Origin: an uncultured Litorivicinus sp.
GTDB taxonomy: Bacteria; Pseudomonadota; Gammaproteobacteria; Pseudomonadales; Litorivicinaceae
Direction of reading: 5' to 3'
Assembly (NCBI GenBank): GCA_902528165.1
Contig: CABZRL010000006.1
Location: 26,346-90,345, forward strand
Length of the DNA: 64,000 nucleotides
Shown: positions 1 through 13,440 of the stretch, piece after piece
Numbering within the stretch: the first letter of the stretch is position 1
Layout: each line of letters opens with the position of its first letter
Position numbers and translations under genes: made by a program
The notes under the pieces: generated by a model
Seen by the model: the letters and a program-made list of their open reading frames with translations, nothing else
Told to the model about the DNA's origin: nothing
The model's database searches: none

Positions 1-7
1 AAAAGTC

Positions 8-45
8 TTGTAATCCACCCTCTGTTTTGGTTAAATTTCGCGCCC
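8..45 (+). promoter_or_regulatory. sigma70 promoter of tRNA-tuf operon with GC-rich discriminator
   Basis: TTGTAA (8-13), 18 bp spacer, TAAATT (32-37), then TCGCGCCC. Confidence 0.6.
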
Positions 46-71
46 TGAATCGCAGGAATGCGGTTTCCGAT

Positions 72-147
72 GCCGGCATAGCTCAGATGGTAGAGCAGCG
101 CACTTGTAATGCGAAGGTCCCGAGTTCGATTCTTGGTGCCGGCACCA
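72..147 (+). tRNA. tRNA-Thr(UGU)
   Basis: 76 nt cloverleaf GCCGGCA...TGCCGGC-ACCA, anticodon loop CT-TGT-AA, TTCGA T-loop. Confidence 0.97.
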
Positions 148-170
148 GATCCCAGTCTGACTGGGCGTGT

Positions 171-255
171 GGAGGGGTGGGTGAGTGGTTAAAACCGGCA
201 GACTGTAAATCTGTTGCCTATGGCTACGCAGGTTCGAATCCTGCCCCCTCCACCA
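171..255 (+). tRNA. tRNA-Tyr(GUA)
   Basis: 85 nt, GGAGGGG/CCCCTCC acceptor stem, anticodon loop CT-GTA-AA, long variable arm, CCA end. Confidence 0.97.
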
Positions 256-343
256 AATTTAAATTGTATGCACGGACGGGCAGGGTGCTGTTCGTCCGTT
301 TAGTGTCGCACCAACCCGGAATAAGGAACGAGGTACCGTTCAC

Positions 344-1534
344 ATGGCAAAAGAAAAGTTTGAGCGTAGTAAGCCGCACGTAAACGTAGGCACGATTGGT
401 CACGTTGACCATGGTAAGACGACTTTGACAGCGGCGTTGACGCGTGTTGGAGCGGAGGTTTTTGGTGGTGAGACGAGAGCGTTTGACCAGATTGATAATG
501 CTCCTGAAGAGCGTGCGCGAGGGATTACAATTTCGACATCGCACGTTGAGTATCAGTCGCATGAGCGTCATTACGCGCACGTAGATTGTCCGGGTCACGC
601 GGATTATGTGAAGAACATGATTACGGGTGCGGCGCAGATGGACGGAGCGATTTTGGTGTGTTCTGCGGCTGATGGTCCGATGCCACAGACGCGTGAGCAC
701 ATTTTGTTGTCTCGCCAGGTTGGTGTTCCTTACATTGTGGTGTTCTTAAACAAGGCGGACATGGTTGATGATCCTGAGTTGTTGGAACTGGTTGAGATGG
801 AAGTTCGTGAGCTGTTGGATCAGTACGATTTTCCGGGTGACGACACGCCAATTATTGTGGGTTCTGCCCTGAAGGCATTGGAAGGTGATACGTCGGACAT
901 TGGTATGCCGGCGGTTCAGAAGTTGATTGAGACGTTGGACTCTTATATTCCTGAGCCTGAGCGAGCGATTGACCAAGCGTTTTTGATGCCGATTGAGGAT
1001 GTGTTCTCGATTTCGGGTCGTGGAACGGTTGTGACGGGTCGTATTGAGCGCGGCATCATCAACGTTGGTGACGAGATTGAGATCGTTGGTATCAAGGATA
1101 CGACGAAGACGACTTGTACGGGTGTTGAGATGTTCCGCAAGCTGCTTGACGAAGGTCGTGCGGGCGAGAACGTTGGTGTTCTTCTTCGTGGTACTAAGCG
1201 TGATGAAGTGGAGCGTGGTCAGGTCTTGGCGAAGCCAGGTTCGATCAATCCGCACACGAAGTTTGAGTGTGAAGTGTATGTGTTGTCGAAGGATGAAGGT
1301 GGCCGTCATACGCCGTTCTTCAAGGGCTATCGTCCGCAGTTTTACTTCCGTACGACGGATGTGACGGGTGCGTGTGAGCTTCCTTCGAGCACAGAGATGG
1401 TCATGCCAGGTGATAACGTGAAGTTGTCGGTTGAGCTGATTTGTCCGATTGCGATGGAAGAAGGTCTGCGTTTTGCGATTCGTGAAGGTGGCCGTACTGT
1501 CGGCGCCGGCGTCGTCTCCAAAATCCTAGACTGA
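344..1534 (+). CDS. tuf: Elongation factor Tu (tRNA-linked copy)
   Basis: [17 protein letters not shown] motifs; 396 aa. Confidence 0.99.
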   Translation: MAKEKFERSKPHVNVGTIGHVDHGKTTLTAALTRVGAEVFGGETRAFDQIDNAPEERARGITISTSHVEYQSHERHYAHVDCPGHADYVKNMITGAAQMDGAILVCSAADGPMPQTREHILLSRQVGVPYIVVFLNKADMVDDPELLELVEMEVRELLDQYDFPGDDTPIIVGSALKALEGDTSDIGMPAVQKLIETLDSYIPEPERAIDQAFLMPIEDVFSISGRGTVVTGRIERGIINVGDEIEIVGIKDTTKTTCTGVEMFRKLLDEGRAGENVGVLLRGTKRDEVERGQVLAKPGSINPHTKFECEVYVLSKDEGGRHTPFFKGYRPQFYFRTTDVTGACELPSSTEMVMPGDNVKLSVELICPIAMEEGLRFAIREGGRTVGAGVVSKILD

Positions 1535-1579
1535 GCATAACGAATAGATGAGGCCTCGAAAGAGGCCTCCAACAGGGTT

Positions 1580-1655
1580 AGGCCAGTAGCTCAATTGGCA
1601 GAGCATCGGTCTCCAAAACCGGAGGTTGGGGGTTCGATTCCCTCCTGGCCTGCCA
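1580..1655 (+). tRNA. tRNA-Trp(CCA)
   Basis: 76 nt AGGCCAG...CTGGCCT-GCCA, anticodon loop CT-CCA-AA; canonical position before secE. Confidence 0.97.
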
Positions 1656-1690
1656 AATGGGCAGGTCCCTGACTGGAACGCAGAGGAAGT

Positions 1691-2056
1691 ATGAACGCAA
1701 AAGTGGAAGCACCATCGCGCCTTGATCACCTAAAGTGGGTGGTCGTGGTTGCTATTATCGCTGTAGGCGTAGTTGGCAATAGTTATTACGCCGGTGAATC
1801 TCTGCTTTATCGTGTGCTTGCGCTAGTTGTCCTCGCTGCCATTGCGGCAGGTATTGCGTTAACAACGCAAAAGGGCGCTGCATTCCGGGAAATGCTAAAA
1901 GAGGCCCGTGTCGAGCTCAGAAAAGTCGTTTGGCCGACACGCGTAGAAACTGGGCAAACAACAGTCATTGTCGTTGTGGTCGTATTGATCGTAGCGTTGA
2001 TTTTATGGGCACTCGACAGCTTGTTTGCTTGGGTTATTGCCTCCTTGATTGGATAA
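1691..2056 (+). CDS. secE: Preprotein translocase subunit SecE
   Basis: [10 protein letters not shown] motif, 3 hydrophobic segments, synteny. Confidence 0.97.
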   Translation: MNAKVEAPSRLDHLKWVVVVAIIAVGVVGNSYYAGESLLYRVLALVVLAAIAAGIALTTQKGAAFREMLKEARVELRKVVWPTRVETGQTTVIVVVVVLIVALILWALDSLFAWVIASLIG

Positions 2057-2060
2057 TGGA

Positions 2061-2594
2061 ATGTCAAAGCGTTGGTATGTAGTACAAGCCTTCTCCGGAT
2101 ATGAGAAGTCAGTGATGCGAAGTCTGCACGAGCAGATCGCTTTGCATGGCATGGAAGATCGCTTCGGCGACATCCTCGTCCCGACTGAAGAAGTCGTTGA
2201 GATGAAGGAAGGGAAGAAGCGGAAGAGCGAGCGGAAGTTCTATCCTGGGTATGTGCTTGTCAACATGGAAATGGATGATGAGACCTGGCACTTGGTGAAA
2301 GGTATTCCTCGGGTTCTTGGTTTTGTGGGTGGTAATGCTGAGCGGCCTGCGCCAATTACGGAAGCAGAAGCTGCATTGATCCTCGATCGTGTGACCGAGG
2401 GTGGAGAAGCTCCGCGTCCGAAGACCTTGTTTGAGCCGGGCGAATTGGTACGCGTCACCGATGGTCCGTTTGCCGATTTCAATGGCACGGTTGAAGAAGT
2501 GAATTATGAAAAGAGTCGCCTGCAAGTTGCGGTGATGATTTTCGGTCGTTCGACTCCGGTTGAACTTGAATTTGGTCAGGTTGAGAAAGGCTAA
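2061..2594 (+). CDS. nusG: Transcription termination/antitermination factor NusG
   Basis: [23 protein letters not shown] motif DGPFADF; start set at ATG 2061. Confidence 0.98.
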   Translation: MSKRWYVVQAFSGYEKSVMRSLHEQIALHGMEDRFGDILVPTEEVVEMKEGKKRKSERKFYPGYVLVNMEMDDETWHLVKGIPRVLGFVGGNAERPAPITEAEAALILDRVTEGGEAPRPKTLFEPGELVRVTDGPFADFNGTVEEVNYEKSRLQVAVMIFGRSTPVELEFGQVEKG

Positions 2595-2612
2595 TCTCGC
2601 CTGAGGCAATAC

Positions 2613-2637
2613 GGGGAGCCGAGAGGCGTTACCACCC
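2613..2637 (+). promoter_or_regulatory. L1-binding rplK leader
   Basis: GGGGAGCC-GAGA-GGCG-TTACCACCC resembles the gammaproteobacterial rplKA autoregulatory leader. Confidence 0.75.
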
Positions 2638-2654
2638 ATTAAAGGAGAAGTACA

Positions 2655-3089
2655 ATGGCCAAGAAGATTGACGGCTACATCAAGCTGCAAATTGCTGCAG
2701 GTCAGGCGAATCCATCGCCTCCTGTCGGTCCCGCGCTCGGTCAAAAGGGCGTGAATATCATGGAATTCTGTAAGGCGTTTAACGCAGCGACTCAGCAGAT
2801 GGAACAAGGTCTTCCTGTCCCAACTGTGATTACAGTCTATAGCGATAAATCCTTCACATTTGTGACCAAGACTCCGCCTGCTGCTGTGTTGATTAAAAAG
2901 GCATTGGGTCTGAAGAGCGGCTCATCGCGTCCGAACACCGATAAGGTTGGTAAAATTACGCGCGCTCAGCTCGAAGAAATTGCAAAGATCAAAGAGTCTG
3001 ATTTGACAGCGGCGGACTTGGATGCGGCGGTTCGCACGATTGCAGGTACCGCGCGTTCAATGGGCATCGATTCAGAAGGAGTCATCTGA
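2655..3089 (+). CDS. rplK: 50S ribosomal protein L11
   Basis: [12 protein letters not shown] motif. Confidence 0.99.
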   Translation: MAKKIDGYIKLQIAAGQANPSPPVGPALGQKGVNIMEFCKAFNAATQQMEQGLPVPTVITVYSDKSFTFVTKTPPAAVLIKKALGLKSGSSRPNTDKVGKITRAQLEEIAKIKESDLTAADLDAAVRTIAGTARSMGIDSEGVI

Positions 3090-3784
3090 TGGCGAAGTTA
3101 ACGAAACGTCAGCAAATGATTGCTGAGAAAGTCGATCGTAACAAGACATACAGCTTTGAAGATGCAGTCAGTCTGTTGGCCGAATTGTCGACGATCAAGT
3201 TCACAGAGTCTTTCGAAGTGGCGGTAAATCTGGGCGTGGATCCTCGTAAGAGCGATCAGGTCGTTCGTGGCGCGACCGTGCTTCCAAACGGTACTGGAAA
3301 AGATGTACGGGTTGCTGTCTTCGCACAAGGCGAAAACGCCGAAAAGGCGAAAGCTGCCGGTGCAGATATTGTTGGTTTTGACGAGTTGGCTGCAGAGATT
3401 AAAGGTGGTCGCTTAGATTTTGACGTTGTGATCGCGACGCCAGACGCAATGCGTGTGGTTGGTACCTTAGGAACGGTGCTTGGCCCACGTGGTCTGATGC
3501 CAAACCCGAAAGTGGGTACTGTGACGCCAAATGTTGAAGAGGCGGTGAAGAATGCAAAAGCCGGTCAGGTGCGTTATCGCACCGATAAGAACGGCATCAT
3601 TCATGCTGCGATCGGAAAAGTTGGGTTTGCAGCCGATGCGCTCAAGGCGAACCTCGATGCGTTGTTGGGTGATCTGAAGAAGGCTAAGCCTGCTTCAGCA
3701 AAAGGTGTTTACTTCAAGAAAGTCTCTGTGTCGACCACCATGGGTCCAGGGGTCCAGGTCGATCAATCGGGCTTGAATGTATAA
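3089..3784 (+). CDS. rplA: 50S ribosomal protein L1
   Basis: [16 protein letters not shown] motif. Confidence 0.99.
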   Translation: MAKLTKRQQMIAEKVDRNKTYSFEDAVSLLAELSTIKFTESFEVAVNLGVDPRKSDQVVRGATVLPNGTGKDVRVAVFAQGENAEKAKAAGADIVGFDELAAEIKGGRLDFDVVIATPDAMRVVGTLGTVLGPRGLMPNPKVGTVTPNVEEAVKNAKAGQVRYRTDKNGIIHAAIGKVGFAADALKANLDALLGDLKKAKPASAKGVYFKKVSVSTTMGPGVQVDQSGLNV

Positions 3785-3789
3785 AAGGA

Positions 3790-3954
3790 TTTGAGGGTTC
3801 CCGTTCGCGGGATCCGTCAAAGACTGCAGGTGCCTTCGGGCCTAAATGGAGACGGCCTGCATAGACGGCAGCCCCTTTACACTCTGTGTATTGAAGGCCG
3901 TCAGGGGTTCACTGGATATCCGGTGAATTGGTTCATCCTGAAAAGGAGCAAAGC
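3790..3954 (+). promoter_or_regulatory. L10(L12)4-binding rplJ leader
   Basis: CCGTCAAAGACTGCAGG...CCTAAA...CCTGCATAGACGG core at about 3814-3868 resembles the L10 leader. Confidence 0.8.
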
Positions 3955-4482
3955 GTGGCGTTAAAGCTCGAAGACAAAAAGGTGATTGTCGCCGAAGTCA
4001 ACGAAGCTGCCGGTAATGCTTTGTCTGCGGTAGTCGCGGATTACCGAGGTATGGAAGTCGGAGCTCTAACCGAGATGCGTGAAAAAGCGCGTAACGGGAA
4101 GATTTACCTCCGAGTTGTTCGAAATACCTTGGCTAAGCTTGCTGTAGCAGGAACCGAATTTGAGTGTCTGACTGATGCGCTGGTGGGACCATCTTTGATT
4201 GGTTTCTCACTGGAAGAGCCTTCAGCAGCTGCAAAGCTGTTTAAGGACATCGCAAAGGACAACGACAAACTCGAAATTCGGGCTCTTGCGATCGGTGGAC
4301 AGCTTCTCGATGCATCTCAAGTGGATGCAGTTGCGAAGTTGCCAACAAAGGACGAAGCGATTGCAATGCTGATGAGCGTGATGACTGCTCCTGTAGCTAA
4401 GTTCGTGCGTACCATGAACGAAGTTCCAGGTAAGTTGGTTCGTACCGTTGCAGCAGTTGGTGAAGCGAAGAAAGCGGGTTAA
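3955..4482 (+). CDS. rplJ: 50S ribosomal protein L10
   Basis: [18 protein letters not shown]; GTG start after AAGGAG. Confidence 0.98.
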   Translation: MALKLEDKKVIVAEVNEAAGNALSAVVADYRGMEVGALTEMREKARNGKIYLRVVRNTLAKLAVAGTEFECLTDALVGPSLIGFSLEEPSAAAKLFKDIAKDNDKLEIRALAIGGQLLDASQVDAVAKLPTKDEAIAMLMSVMTAPVAKFVRTMNEVPGKLVRTVAAVGEAKKAG

Positions 4483-4534
4483 TCCCGTTGGCTTTCAATT
4501 GACATAGTTTGTAAACGAAATTTGGAGAAATACC

Positions 4535-4918
4535 ATGGCACTGTCTAAGGACGATATCCTGAACGCGATCGCCGAAATGAGCGTGATGGACGTTGTTGAA
4601 CTGGTTTCAGCAATGGAAGAAAAATTCGGTGTAACAGCCGCCGCTGCAGTTGCAGTAGCCCCAGCAGCCGCTGGTGGTGACGCTGGCGCTGCTGCTGCTG
4701 AAGAGAAGGACGAGTTTGATGTCGTTCTCACTGCAGCTGGTGAAAAGAAAGTGAACGTGATCAAAGTTGTTCGTGGCGTAACAGGTCTTGGCCTGAAAGA
4801 AGCGAAGGACATGGTTGACGGCGCTCCTAACACCATCAAAGAAGCGGCTTCGAAAGAAGAAGCAGAAGACATCAAAAAGCAACTCGAAGAAGCAGGCGCA
4901 TCTGTAGAGCTCAAGTAA
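4535..4918 (+). CDS. rplL: 50S ribosomal protein L7/L12
   Basis: [18 protein letters not shown]. Confidence 0.99.
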   Translation: MALSKDDILNAIAEMSVMDVVELVSAMEEKFGVTAAAAVAVAPAAAGGDAGAAAAEEKDEFDVVLTAAGEKKVNVIKVVRGVTGLGLKEAKDMVDGAPNTIKEAASKEEAEDIKKQLEEAGASVELK

Positions 4919-4953
4919 TGTCATTGATCCGCGTTTCAGCGGATCTGCAAATT

Positions 4954-4982
4954 GGCTGGTGGTTTCGACCACCGGCCTTTTT
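4954..4982 (+). terminator. rplL-rpoB attenuator/terminator
   Basis: GGCTGGTGG-TTTCGA-CCACCGGCC followed by TTTTT. Confidence 0.8.
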
Positions 4983-5098
4983 GCGCTTTAGCACAGAGAG
5001 GTTTGCGGAAAGGGCAATCTAGCGTTTTCCGGAACCCTTAAGGGTACGAATTACAGTGCATCCGTGGTGGATGGACTTTCACACGTTGAGGAAGGCAA

Positions 5099-8000
5099 AT
5101 GGCTTACTCGTACACAGCGAAAAAACGTATTCGGAAAGACTTTGGAACACTGCCATCGGTGATGGAAGTGCCACAGCTTCTGGCAATTCAGCTCGATTCC
5201 TATCGCGAATTTTTAAGTGGTGGGTCGATTGAGAACAGTGCTCAATCGACCGGCCTCGAAGCCGCGTTCCAGTCGGTGTTTCCGATCCAATCATTCTCAG
5301 GCAACGCAGAGCTCCAGTATGTGAGCTACCGTTTGGGCGAGCCTGTATTCGATGTGAAAGAGTGCATTCTGCGAGGTGATACCTACGCGGCGCCATTGCG
5401 CGTGAGAGTACGCTTGGTGCTGTTTGAAAAAGAAGGCTCGAACAAGTCGGTCAAGGACATCAAGGAAGAAGAAGTCTACATGGGCGAAATCCCGCTCATG
5501 ACTGACAACGGAACCTTCGTGATCAATGGAACTGAGCGAGTCATTGTGTCCCAGTTGCACCGGTCTCCAGGGGTGTTCTTTGAGCACGATAAAGGGAAGA
5601 CCCACAGCTCTGGCAAGTTGCTCTATTCGGCTCGGATTATTCCTTATCGTGGTTCTTGGTTGGATTTCGAATTTGACCCTAAGGATCAAGTGTTCGTCCG
5701 GATTGATCGCCGCCGTAAATTGCCAGCATCGATTTTGTTGCGCGCAATGGAAATGTCCGACGAAGAGATCTTGGGTCACTTCTTTGAGACGACTGCATTC
5801 CAGTTTAAGAAGACTGATGTCTTCATGGCGCTGGTCTCTGAGCGTCTTCGTGGTGAGACCATGAGCTTCGATATCGTTGATAGCAAAGGTGAAGTGATCG
5901 TTGAAGCCGGTAAGCGAATTACCGCGCGTCACGTTCGAGAATTGCAAAAAGCCAAGCTCAATGAGTTGAAGGTTGCCGACGATTACTTGGTCGGCAAGGT
6001 GCTTGCTAAGGACGTAGTAAACGAAGCAACCGGTGAAGTGATTGCTGCGGCAAATCAACCGTTATCGCTTGAGTCGGTGGATGCGATTCGTGATGCCGGT
6101 GTCAAATCAATTGAGTGTATCTACACCAATGATCTCGACCGTGGTCCCTACATGTCAGATACCTTGGCCGGTGATTCGACAAGCAACCGGATGGAAGCAT
6201 TGGTCGAAATTTATCGCATGATGCGCCCAGGCGAGCCGCCAACGAAAGAAAGTGCGGAGAATTTATTCGAAAGTTTGTTCTTCTCGTCGGATCGCTATGA
6301 CCTGTCCTCAGTCGGACGGATGAAGTTCAATCGTCGCGTGGGTAATCGTAAGCTTGAAGGTGGAGACACAGAGCTTGGTGAAGGAACCTTAGCGAAAGAC
6401 GATATCTTGGCAGTTATGAAGACGCTGATCGATATTCGTAACGGTGAGGGTGTGGTTGATGACATTGATCACCTCGGTAACCGCCGTGTTCGTTCTGTGG
6501 GCGAGATGGCAGAAAATCAGTTCCGTGTGGGCTTGGTGCGTGTTGAGCGCGCTGTTCGAGAGCGCTTGGGTCAAGCAGAGACCGAGGGTCTCATGCCACG
6601 TGATCTGATCAACGCAAAGCCAGTTGCAGCAGCCGTCAAAGAGTTCTTTGGCTCAAGCCAGTTATCGCAGTTTATGGATCAGAACAATCCATTGTCTGAG
6701 ATTACGCACAAGCGACGCGTGTCTGCGTTAGGGCCAGGTGGTCTTACTCGTGAGCGCGCAGGCTTTGAAGTTCGTGATGTTCATCCAACTCACTACGGCC
6801 GGGTGTGTCCGATTGAGACACCGGAAGGGCCAAACATTGGTCTTATTAACTCATTGGCGACTTATGCTCGGACGAATCGCTATGGCTTCCTCGAGTCTCC
6901 ATATCGCCGCGTCGATAACGGGAAAGTGACTGATGAGATTTTCTATTTGTCAGCGATTGAAGAATCCGACTTCGTGATTGCGCAGGCCTCGGCTCAGTTA
7001 AATGATCAGGGCGAGTTGATCGAAGAGCTGGTTCCTGTTCGTCATCTCAATGAATTTGCTGTCATGCCGCCAGAGCGCGTCGACTACATGGACGTGTCAC
7101 CACGTCAGGTTGTCTCGGTTGCTGCTGCTTTGATTCCGTTCCTTGAGCACGATGACGCGAACCGAGCATTGATGGGTTCAAACATGCAACGTCAAGCAGT
7201 TCCGACGTTGAAGGCGGAGAAGCCGTTAGTCGGTACTGGTATGGAGCGACATGTTGCCGGTGATTCAGGCGTTTGTATGATCGCTAATCGTGGTGGTGTT
7301 GTTGATTTTGTTGACGCTAAACGAATTGTGGTCAAAGTGAATTCGGAAGAAGTTGGATCAGGCGAAGCGCCGGTCGATATCTATAACTTGACCAAGTACA
7401 CGCGTTCGAACCAGAACACGTGCATCAACCAGCGCCCGATTGTGAGTGCCGGTGATGTGGTTGCGCGCGGTGATATTCTTGCCGATGGCCCTTCAGTTGA
7501 TACTGGTGAGCTAGCGCTTGGCCAGAACATGCGAATCGCATTCATGCCGTGGAATGGCTATAACTTCGAAGATTCGATTTTGATCTCTGAGAAGGTCGTC
7601 AAGGAAGAGCGGTTTACGACGATTCATATCCAAGAGTTTTCGTGTATCGCACGTGACACCAAGCTGGGTGCAGAAGAAATCACAGCAGACATCCCAAATG
7701 TTGGTGAGAACGCACTGGCGAAGCTTGACGAGGTGGGCATTGTTCACATCGGTGCTGAAGTGAAGCCGGGCGATATCTTAGTTGGCAAGGTCACACCAAA
7801 AGGTGAGACACAGCTCACACCAGAAGAAAAATTATTGCGTGCGATCTTTGGTGAAAAAGCATCAGATGTGAAAGATACGTCGATGCGTGTTGGGACAGGG
7901 ACGACCGGAACAGTCATCAACGTTCAAGTGTTCACGCGTGACGGTATCGAGAAAGACGCTCGCGCTAAGCAGATCGAAGAAGAGCAGCTCGATGAGTATC

Positions 8001-9190
8001 GGAAAGATCTCAATGAAGAGTATCGCATCGTTTCTGAAGCAACTTTTGGCTACCTCGCGAAGCAATTCGACGGTCAAAAAGTAGCCGGAGCTCCTGGTCT
8101 TAAGAAAGGTGATGCGCTGACTGCGGAATATCTCGCCAACTTGTCTGAAGACGAGTGGTTCAAGGTCAAGATGGCTAACGATGCGCAAAACGCATTGATT
8201 GCTGAAGCCGAAAAGTCACTCAAAGAGCGCCGTAAAGAGCTCGATGAAGCCTTTGAAGTGAAGAAGAAAAAGCTCACTCAAGGCGATGATTTGGCGCCAG
8301 GCGTACTCAAGATTGTGAAAGTATACGTTGCCGTGAAGCGTCGGATTCAGCCGGGCGATAAGATGGCCGGACGTCATGGTAACAAGGGTGTGATCTCAGT
8401 CATCATGCCTGAAGAAGATATGCCCTTCGATGAAAACGGAGATCCCGTTGATATCGTATTGAACCCTCTGGGTGTTCCAAGCCGGATGAACGTCGGTCAG
8501 GTGCTCGAAATGCATTTGGGTATGGCGGCGAAAGGATTGGGCGATCGGATTAATGAGATGCTGAAGCATCAGTCGAAGGTCGGTGAACTGCGCGACTTCT
8601 TAGATCAGATCTACAACAAAATTGGTGGAACCCAAGAAGATCTGAATTCTTTGTCTGACGATGAAATTATCGCGTTATCCAAGAATCTTTGTGACGGTGT
8701 TCCGTTTGCAACACCGGCGTTTGATGGTGCGAAGGAATCGCAGATCAAAGGGCTTTTGGAATTGGCGGGTATGCCTGAATCTGGCCAGTTCAACCTTTAT
8801 GACGGTCGGACAGGTGAAGCATTTGAACGCTCAGTTACCGTCGGTTACATGTACATGTTGAAACTCAACCATTTGGTTGATGACAAGATGCACGCACGTT
8901 CAACCGGTTCTTACTCACTCGTCACGCAGCAACCATTGGGTGGTAAGGCTCAGTTTGGTGGCCAGCGATTCGGTGAAATGGAAGTATGGGCCTTAGAAGC
9001 TTATGGTGCGGCCTATACCCTCCAGGAAATGTTGACTGTGAAGTCAGATGATGTGAATGGTCGGACGCGGATGTACAAAAATATTGTGGACGGCGACCAT
9101 CGCATGGAGCCTGGTATGCCTGAATCATTCAACGTACTGGTCAAGGAGATCCGTTCACTCGGTATCTCTGTTGAACTGGAAAACGAGTAA
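5099..9190 (+). CDS. rpoB: RNA polymerase beta subunit
   Basis: [30 protein letters not shown]; 1363 aa. Confidence 0.99.
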   Translation: MAYSYTAKKRIRKDFGTLPSVMEVPQLLAIQLDSYREFLSGGSIENSAQSTGLEAAFQSVFPIQSFSGNAELQYVSYRLGEPVFDVKECILRGDTYAAPLRVRVRLVLFEKEGSNKSVKDIKEEEVYMGEIPLMTDNGTFVINGTERVIVSQLHRSPGVFFEHDKGKTHSSGKLLYSARIIPYRGSWLDFEFDPKDQVFVRIDRRRKLPASILLRAMEMSDEEILGHFFETTAFQFKKTDVFMALVSERLRGETMSFDIVDSKGEVIVEAGKRITARHVRELQKAKLNELKVADDYLVGKVLAKDVVNEATGEVIAAANQPLSLESVDAIRDAGVKSIECIYTNDLDRGPYMSDTLAGDSTSNRMEALVEIYRMMRPGEPPTKESAENLFESLFFSSDRYDLSSVGRMKFNRRVGNRKLEGGDTELGEGTLAKDDILAVMKTLIDIRNGEGVVDDIDHLGNRRVRSVGEMAENQFRVGLVRVERAVRERLGQAETEGLMPRDLINAKPVAAAVKEFFGSSQLSQFMDQNNPLSEITHKRRVSALGPGGLTRERAGFEVRDVHPTHYGRVCPIETPEGPNIGLINSLATYARTNRYGFLESPYRRVDNGKVTDEIFYLSAIEESDFVIAQASAQLNDQGELIEELVPVRHLNEFAVMPPERVDYMDVSPRQVVSVAAALIPFLEHDDANRALMGSNMQRQAVPTLKAEKPLVGTGMERHVAGDSGVCMIANRGGVVDFVDAKRIVVKVNSEEVGSGEAPVDIYNLTKYTRSNQNTCINQRPIVSAGDVVARGDILADGPSVDTGELALGQNMRIAFMPWNGYNFEDSILISEKVVKEERFTTIHIQEFSCIARDTKLGAEEITADIPNVGENALAKLDEVGIVHIGAEVKPGDILVGKVTPKGETQLTPEEKLLRAIFGEKASDVKDTSMRVGTGTTGTVINVQVFTRDGIEKDARAKQIEEEQLDEYRKDLNEEYRIVSEATFGYLAKQFDGQKVAGAPGLKKGDALTAEYLANLSEDEWFKVKMANDAQNALIAEAEKSLKERRKELDEAFEVKKKKLTQGDDLAPGVLKIVKVYVAVKRRIQPGDKMAGRHGNKGVISVIMPEEDMPFDENGDPVDIVLNPLGVPSRMNVGQVLEMHLGMAAKGLGDRINEMLKHQSKVGELRDFLDQIYNKIGGTQEDLNSLSDDEIIALSKNLCDGVPFATPAFDGAKESQIKGLLELAGMPESGQFNLYDGRTGEAFERSVTVGYMYMLKLNHLVDDKMHARSTGSYSLVTQQPLGGKAQFGGQRFGEMEVWALEAYGAAYTLQEMLTVKSDDVNGRTRMYKNIVDGDHRMEPGMPESFNVLVKEIRSLGISVELENE

Positions 9191-9216
9191 GTCGGTAGGA
9201 ATTGGAGATTTAAGCA

Positions 9217-12200
9217 ATGAAAGATTTGTTAAACCTGTTAAAGAGCCAGGGACAGTCCTCCGACTTTGATCGGATTCGTATTGGTCTTGCATCACCGGAA
9301 GAGATCCGTTCGTGGTCATTTGGTGAGGTGAAAAAACCAGAAACCATTAACTATCGAACCTTTAAGCCTGAGCGTGATGGTTTGTTTTGTGCGCGGATTT
9401 TTGGGCCGGTTAAAGACTTTGAATGTCTTTGTGGGAAGTACAAGCGCTTGAAGCATCGTGGTGTGGTCTGTGAAAAGTGTGGCGTTGAAGTCACGCAGAC
9501 CAAAGTACGTCGCGAGCGCATGGGTCACATCGAACTGGCGAGTCCTGTGTGTCACATTTGGTTCCTGAAGTCACTGCCGTCTCGGATCGGTCTACTTTTG
9601 GATATGACGCTGCGTGATATCGAGCGAATTCTTTACTTTGAAACCTACGTCGTTGTTGATCCTGGTATGACTCCGTTGGAGCGTGGTCAGCTGTTATCCG
9701 ACGAGCAATATTTCGAAGCATTTGAAGAGTATCAAGATGACTTCACCGCCATGATGGGTGCCGAGGCGATTCGTGCTCTGATGATGGATATGGATCTCAA
9801 TGACGAGATCGTCACCATGCGTGAAGAGATTCCGAACACCAACTCGGAAACAAAATTGAAAAAGCTGTCGAAGCGACTGAAGCTGCTTGAGTCCTTCCGC
9901 GATAGTGGTAACAACCCCGAGTGGATGATCATGGAAGTTCTTCCAGTACTCCCACCAGATCTCCGCCCACTGGTCCCGCTCGATGGTGGTCGCTTCGCGA
10001 CTTCAGATCTCAATGATCTGTATCGCCGCGTGATCAACAGAAACAACCGTCTGAAGCGTTTGCTTGAGCTCCGCGCACCGGACATCATCGTTCGTAACGA
10101 AAAGCGGATGCTGCAGGAATCTGTGGATGCCTTGCTTGATAACGGTCGTCGTGGTCGTGCGATCACAGGATCTAATAAGCGCCCACTGAAGTCGCTGGCT
10201 GACATGATTAAAGGAAAGCAAGGTCGTTTCCGTCAAAACCTGCTCGGTAAGCGTGTGGACTACTCTGGACGTTCGGTGATCGTTGTTGGTCCGTATTTGA
10301 AGCTACACCAGTGTGGTCTGCCAAAGAAAATGGCACTTGAGCTATTCAAGCCCTTTATCTACGCAAAGCTTGAGGCGCGTGGTCTTGCGACGACGATCAA
10401 AGCAGCGAAGAAAATGGTGGAGCGTGAGACTCCTGAAGTCTGGGATATCCTGGCTGAAGTGATTCGTGAGCATCCGGTGTTGTTGAACCGAGCTCCTACG
10501 CTACACCGTCTTGGTATCCAGGCATTTGAGCCGTTGTTGATTGAGGGTAAGGCGATTCAGCTACACCCATTAGTCTGTGCGGCCTACAACGCCGACTTTG
10601 ACGGTGACCAAATGGCTGTTCACTTGCCGTTGACGCTTGAAGCACAGCTCGAAGCGCGCGCTTTGATGATGTCGACCAATAACGTGCTGTCGCCAGCCAA
10701 CGGTGAGCCGATCATCGTTCCATCTCAGGACGTTGTTCTTGGACTGTATTACATGACCCGCCACCGGATTAATTCCAAGGGTGAGGGGATGGTCTTTACG
10801 GACACCGATGAAGTCTTGCGAGCCTATGGTGCACGGAAGGTGGATTTGCAGGCGCAGATTAAAGTCCGGATCAATGAGACCGTCAATGATGCTGACGGCC
10901 ATGGGACTGCCGAAATGCGGATTGTTGAGACAACCGTCGGTCGTGCGATTTTATTCTCGATTGTTCCAACTGGATTGGCATTCTCTCTGGTCGATCAGAA
11001 CATGACTAAAAAAGCGATTTCACGTCTTATTAATGCGTGTTATCGCCGTGTGGGCTTGAAAGAAACCGTGATCTTCGCGGACCAACTGATGTACATGGGC
11101 TTCAGCTACGCGACGCGTTCTGGCTCATCAATCGGCGTCAACGACTTTGAGATCCCAGTGGAGAAAGCGCAGATTATCGGTGAAGCCGAAGCGCAAGTGA
11201 AAGAGATTGAAGATCAGTTTGCTTCAGGTCTTGTGACCCAAGGTGAGAAGTACAACAAAGTGATCGACATCTGGGCGCGAGCCAATGACTTGGTCGCGAA
11301 GAAGATGATGGACCGAATCGGGAAAGAAGACGCGGTGGATGCGGAAGGCAATACCGTTCAGCAAGATTCGTTCAACTCGGTCTTCATGATGGCTGATTCT
11401 GGCGCGCGCGGTTCGGCTGCACAGATTCGTCAGCTTGCGGGGATGCGAGGTCTGATGGCAAAGCCGGATGGATCGATCATTGAAACACCGATTACGGCTA
11501 ACTTCCGAGAAGGTCTGTCGGTTCTTCAGTACTTCATCTCGACGCACGGTGCACGGAAAGGTTTGGCCGATACGGCATTGAAGACAGCGAACTCTGGTTA
11601 CCTGACACGTCGATTGGTGGATGTGGCGCAGGATTTGGTCATTACCGATCACGACTGTGGTACCGACGAAGGTCTCCGCATGACACCTCTGATTGAAGGT
11701 GGTGATGTGGTTGTTCCTCTGGCGGGTCGTATTCTTGGTCGAGTTGTGGCTCAAGATGTTGTGAAGCCAGGTACCGACGAAGTTGTGCTTGAGGCAGGGA
11801 CTCTCATTGATGAGCAACTGGCTGGGCAAATCGAAGGATGGGGTGTGGACGAAGTCTTGGTTCGTTCGCCGATCACCTGTGAAGTTCGCCATGGTGTGTG
11901 TTCGAAGTGTTATGGTCGAGACCTCGGTCGCGGTCATTTGGTGAACGTCGGCGAAGCTGTCGGTGTGATTGCGGCTCAGTCAATTGGCGAGCCAGGTACA
12001 CAGTTGACCATGCGGACGTTCCACATCGGTGGTGCCGCGAGCCGAGCATCTGCCGCTGACCGGATTGACGTCAAGCACGGCGGTACGGTTCGTTTGCATA
12101 ATTTAAAGTGGGTTGAGCGCTCAAATGGTGACTTGGTTGCTGTTTCGCGTTCAGGCGCCTTGAGTATTGCAGACGAGCATGGTCGTGAGCGTGAATGGTA

Positions 12201-13428
12201 CAAACTGCCTTATGGTGCAGTGATCAGCGCCAAAGAAGGTGCAGAGGTCGATGCCGGTGCTGTGGTTGCAACTTGGGATCCGCACACTCACCCAATCATC
12301 GCTGATCGCGCAGGTATCGTTCGTTATCAGGCGTTTGAAGATGGAATTACCGTCAAGCGTCAGGTGGACGAGCTCACGGGACTTGCCAACTACGAAATTA
12401 TTGATGAGAAAGACCGTCCAGCGGCTGGTAAAGATTTGAAGCCAGGGATTTTCCTGTACGCGAAAGGTGCTGCGATAACTGACGAGCCAATTGCCCACTT
12501 CTTGTTGCCGGGTGGTGCATTGGTATCACTGGAAGATGGAACCAACATTGAAGCCGGTTCGGTTGTGGCGCGTATTCCTCAGGAATCATCGAAGACTCGT
12601 GATATTACCGGTGGTCTGCCTCGTGTCGCCGACTTGTTTGAGGCACGCAAGCCGAAAGAATCGTCGATTCTGGCTGAGATCTCGGGTCACGTTTCCTTCG
12701 GTAAAGAAACCAAAGGCAAGGTTCGCCTTGTGATTTCGCCAGATGATGGCACTGATCCAGTGGAGATTCTGATTCCTAAGTGGCGTCAGTTGAACGTTTT
12801 CGATGGTGAGCAAGTTCAAAAGGGTGAGGTCATCTCTGATGGTCCATCGAACCCGCATGACATTTTGCGTCTGCTGGGTGTGTCTGAACTGGCCAAGTAC
12901 ATCACCAATGAAATCCAGGACGTGTATCGCTTGCAAGGTGTTGGCATCAACGACAAACACATCGAGGTGATCATTCGCCAGATGTTGCGCAAAGTCGAAG
13001 TCAGTTCAATCGGTGATTCGTCATTCATCGCTGGTGATCAGGTTGAATACACTCAAGTGCTCGAAGAGAATGATCGCCTCCGTGGTGACGGTAATATCGA
13101 GGCACATTACGAGCGTCAACTATTGGGGATCACTAAGGCGTCACTTGCCACGGAGTCATTTATCTCTGCGGCCTCGTTCCAGGAAACCACTCGTGTGTTG
13201 ACGGAAGCAGCAGTGACTGGCAAAGCCGACAACTTACGCGGCTTGAAAGAGAACGTTGTTGTGGGTCGTTTGATCCCAGCAGGGACTGGTTTGGCATATC
13301 ATGCAGAACGGAAGCGTCGACGTGCTGAGACCGGTGATGAGACTCGGGTGTCCGCGGCCGAAGTGGCTGAAGCTTTGAGTCGAGAGATCGCTGAGATTGA
13401 ATCTCAGGGACAGGAAGCGGCGGAGTAA
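9217..13428 (+). CDS. rpoC: RNA polymerase beta' subunit
   Basis: NADFDGD catalytic motif, Zn fingers; 1403 aa. Confidence 0.99.
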   Translation: MKDLLNLLKSQGQSSDFDRIRIGLASPEEIRSWSFGEVKKPETINYRTFKPERDGLFCARIFGPVKDFECLCGKYKRLKHRGVVCEKCGVEVTQTKVRRERMGHIELASPVCHIWFLKSLPSRIGLLLDMTLRDIERILYFETYVVVDPGMTPLERGQLLSDEQYFEAFEEYQDDFTAMMGAEAIRALMMDMDLNDEIVTMREEIPNTNSETKLKKLSKRLKLLESFRDSGNNPEWMIMEVLPVLPPDLRPLVPLDGGRFATSDLNDLYRRVINRNNRLKRLLELRAPDIIVRNEKRMLQESVDALLDNGRRGRAITGSNKRPLKSLADMIKGKQGRFRQNLLGKRVDYSGRSVIVVGPYLKLHQCGLPKKMALELFKPFIYAKLEARGLATTIKAAKKMVERETPEVWDILAEVIREHPVLLNRAPTLHRLGIQAFEPLLIEGKAIQLHPLVCAAYNADFDGDQMAVHLPLTLEAQLEARALMMSTNNVLSPANGEPIIVPSQDVVLGLYYMTRHRINSKGEGMVFTDTDEVLRAYGARKVDLQAQIKVRINETVNDADGHGTAEMRIVETTVGRAILFSIVPTGLAFSLVDQNMTKKAISRLINACYRRVGLKETVIFADQLMYMGFSYATRSGSSIGVNDFEIPVEKAQIIGEAEAQVKEIEDQFASGLVTQGEKYNKVIDIWARANDLVAKKMMDRIGKEDAVDAEGNTVQQDSFNSVFMMADSGARGSAAQIRQLAGMRGLMAKPDGSIIETPITANFREGLSVLQYFISTHGARKGLADTALKTANSGYLTRRLVDVAQDLVITDHDCGTDEGLRMTPLIEGGDVVVPLAGRILGRVVAQDVVKPGTDEVVLEAGTLIDEQLAGQIEGWGVDEVLVRSPITCEVRHGVCSKCYGRDLGRGHLVNVGEAVGVIAAQSIGEPGTQLTMRTFHIGGAASRASAADRIDVKHGGTVRLHNLKWVERSNGDLVAVSRSGALSIADEHGREREWYKLPYGAVISAKEGAEVDAGAVVATWDPHTHPIIADRAGIVRYQAFEDGITVKRQVDELTGLANYEIIDEKDRPAAGKDLKPGIFLYAKGAAITDEPIAHFLLPGGALVSLEDGTNIEAGSVVARIPQESSKTRDITGGLPRVADLFEARKPKESSILAEISGHVSFGKETKGKVRLVISPDDGTDPVEILIPKWRQLNVFDGEQVQKGEVISDGPSNPHDILRLLGVSELAKYITNEIQDVYRLQGVGINDKHIEVIIRQMLRKVEVSSIGDSSFIAGDQVEYTQVLEENDRLRGDGNIEAHYERQLLGITKASLATESFISAASFQETTRVLTEAAVTGKADNLRGLKENVVVGRLIPAGTGLAYHAERKRRRAETGDETRVSAAEVAEALSREIAEIESQGQEAAE

Positions 13429-13440
13429 TTTCCGCCTCAC

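Noticed and set aside
27-383. 118-aa ORF over the start of the window
   Set aside because: It spans two tRNA genes and is a chance frame.
1550-1570. GAGGCCTC-GAAA-GAGGCCTC palindrome and other intergenic hairpins as a REP family or CRISPR repeat
   Set aside because: Each hairpin sequence occurs once; there is no repeat-spacer periodicity and no cas gene.
72-1655. tRNA genes as island integration sites
   Set aside because: No duplicated tRNA 3' ends, integrase or foreign cargo; the flanking genes are core.
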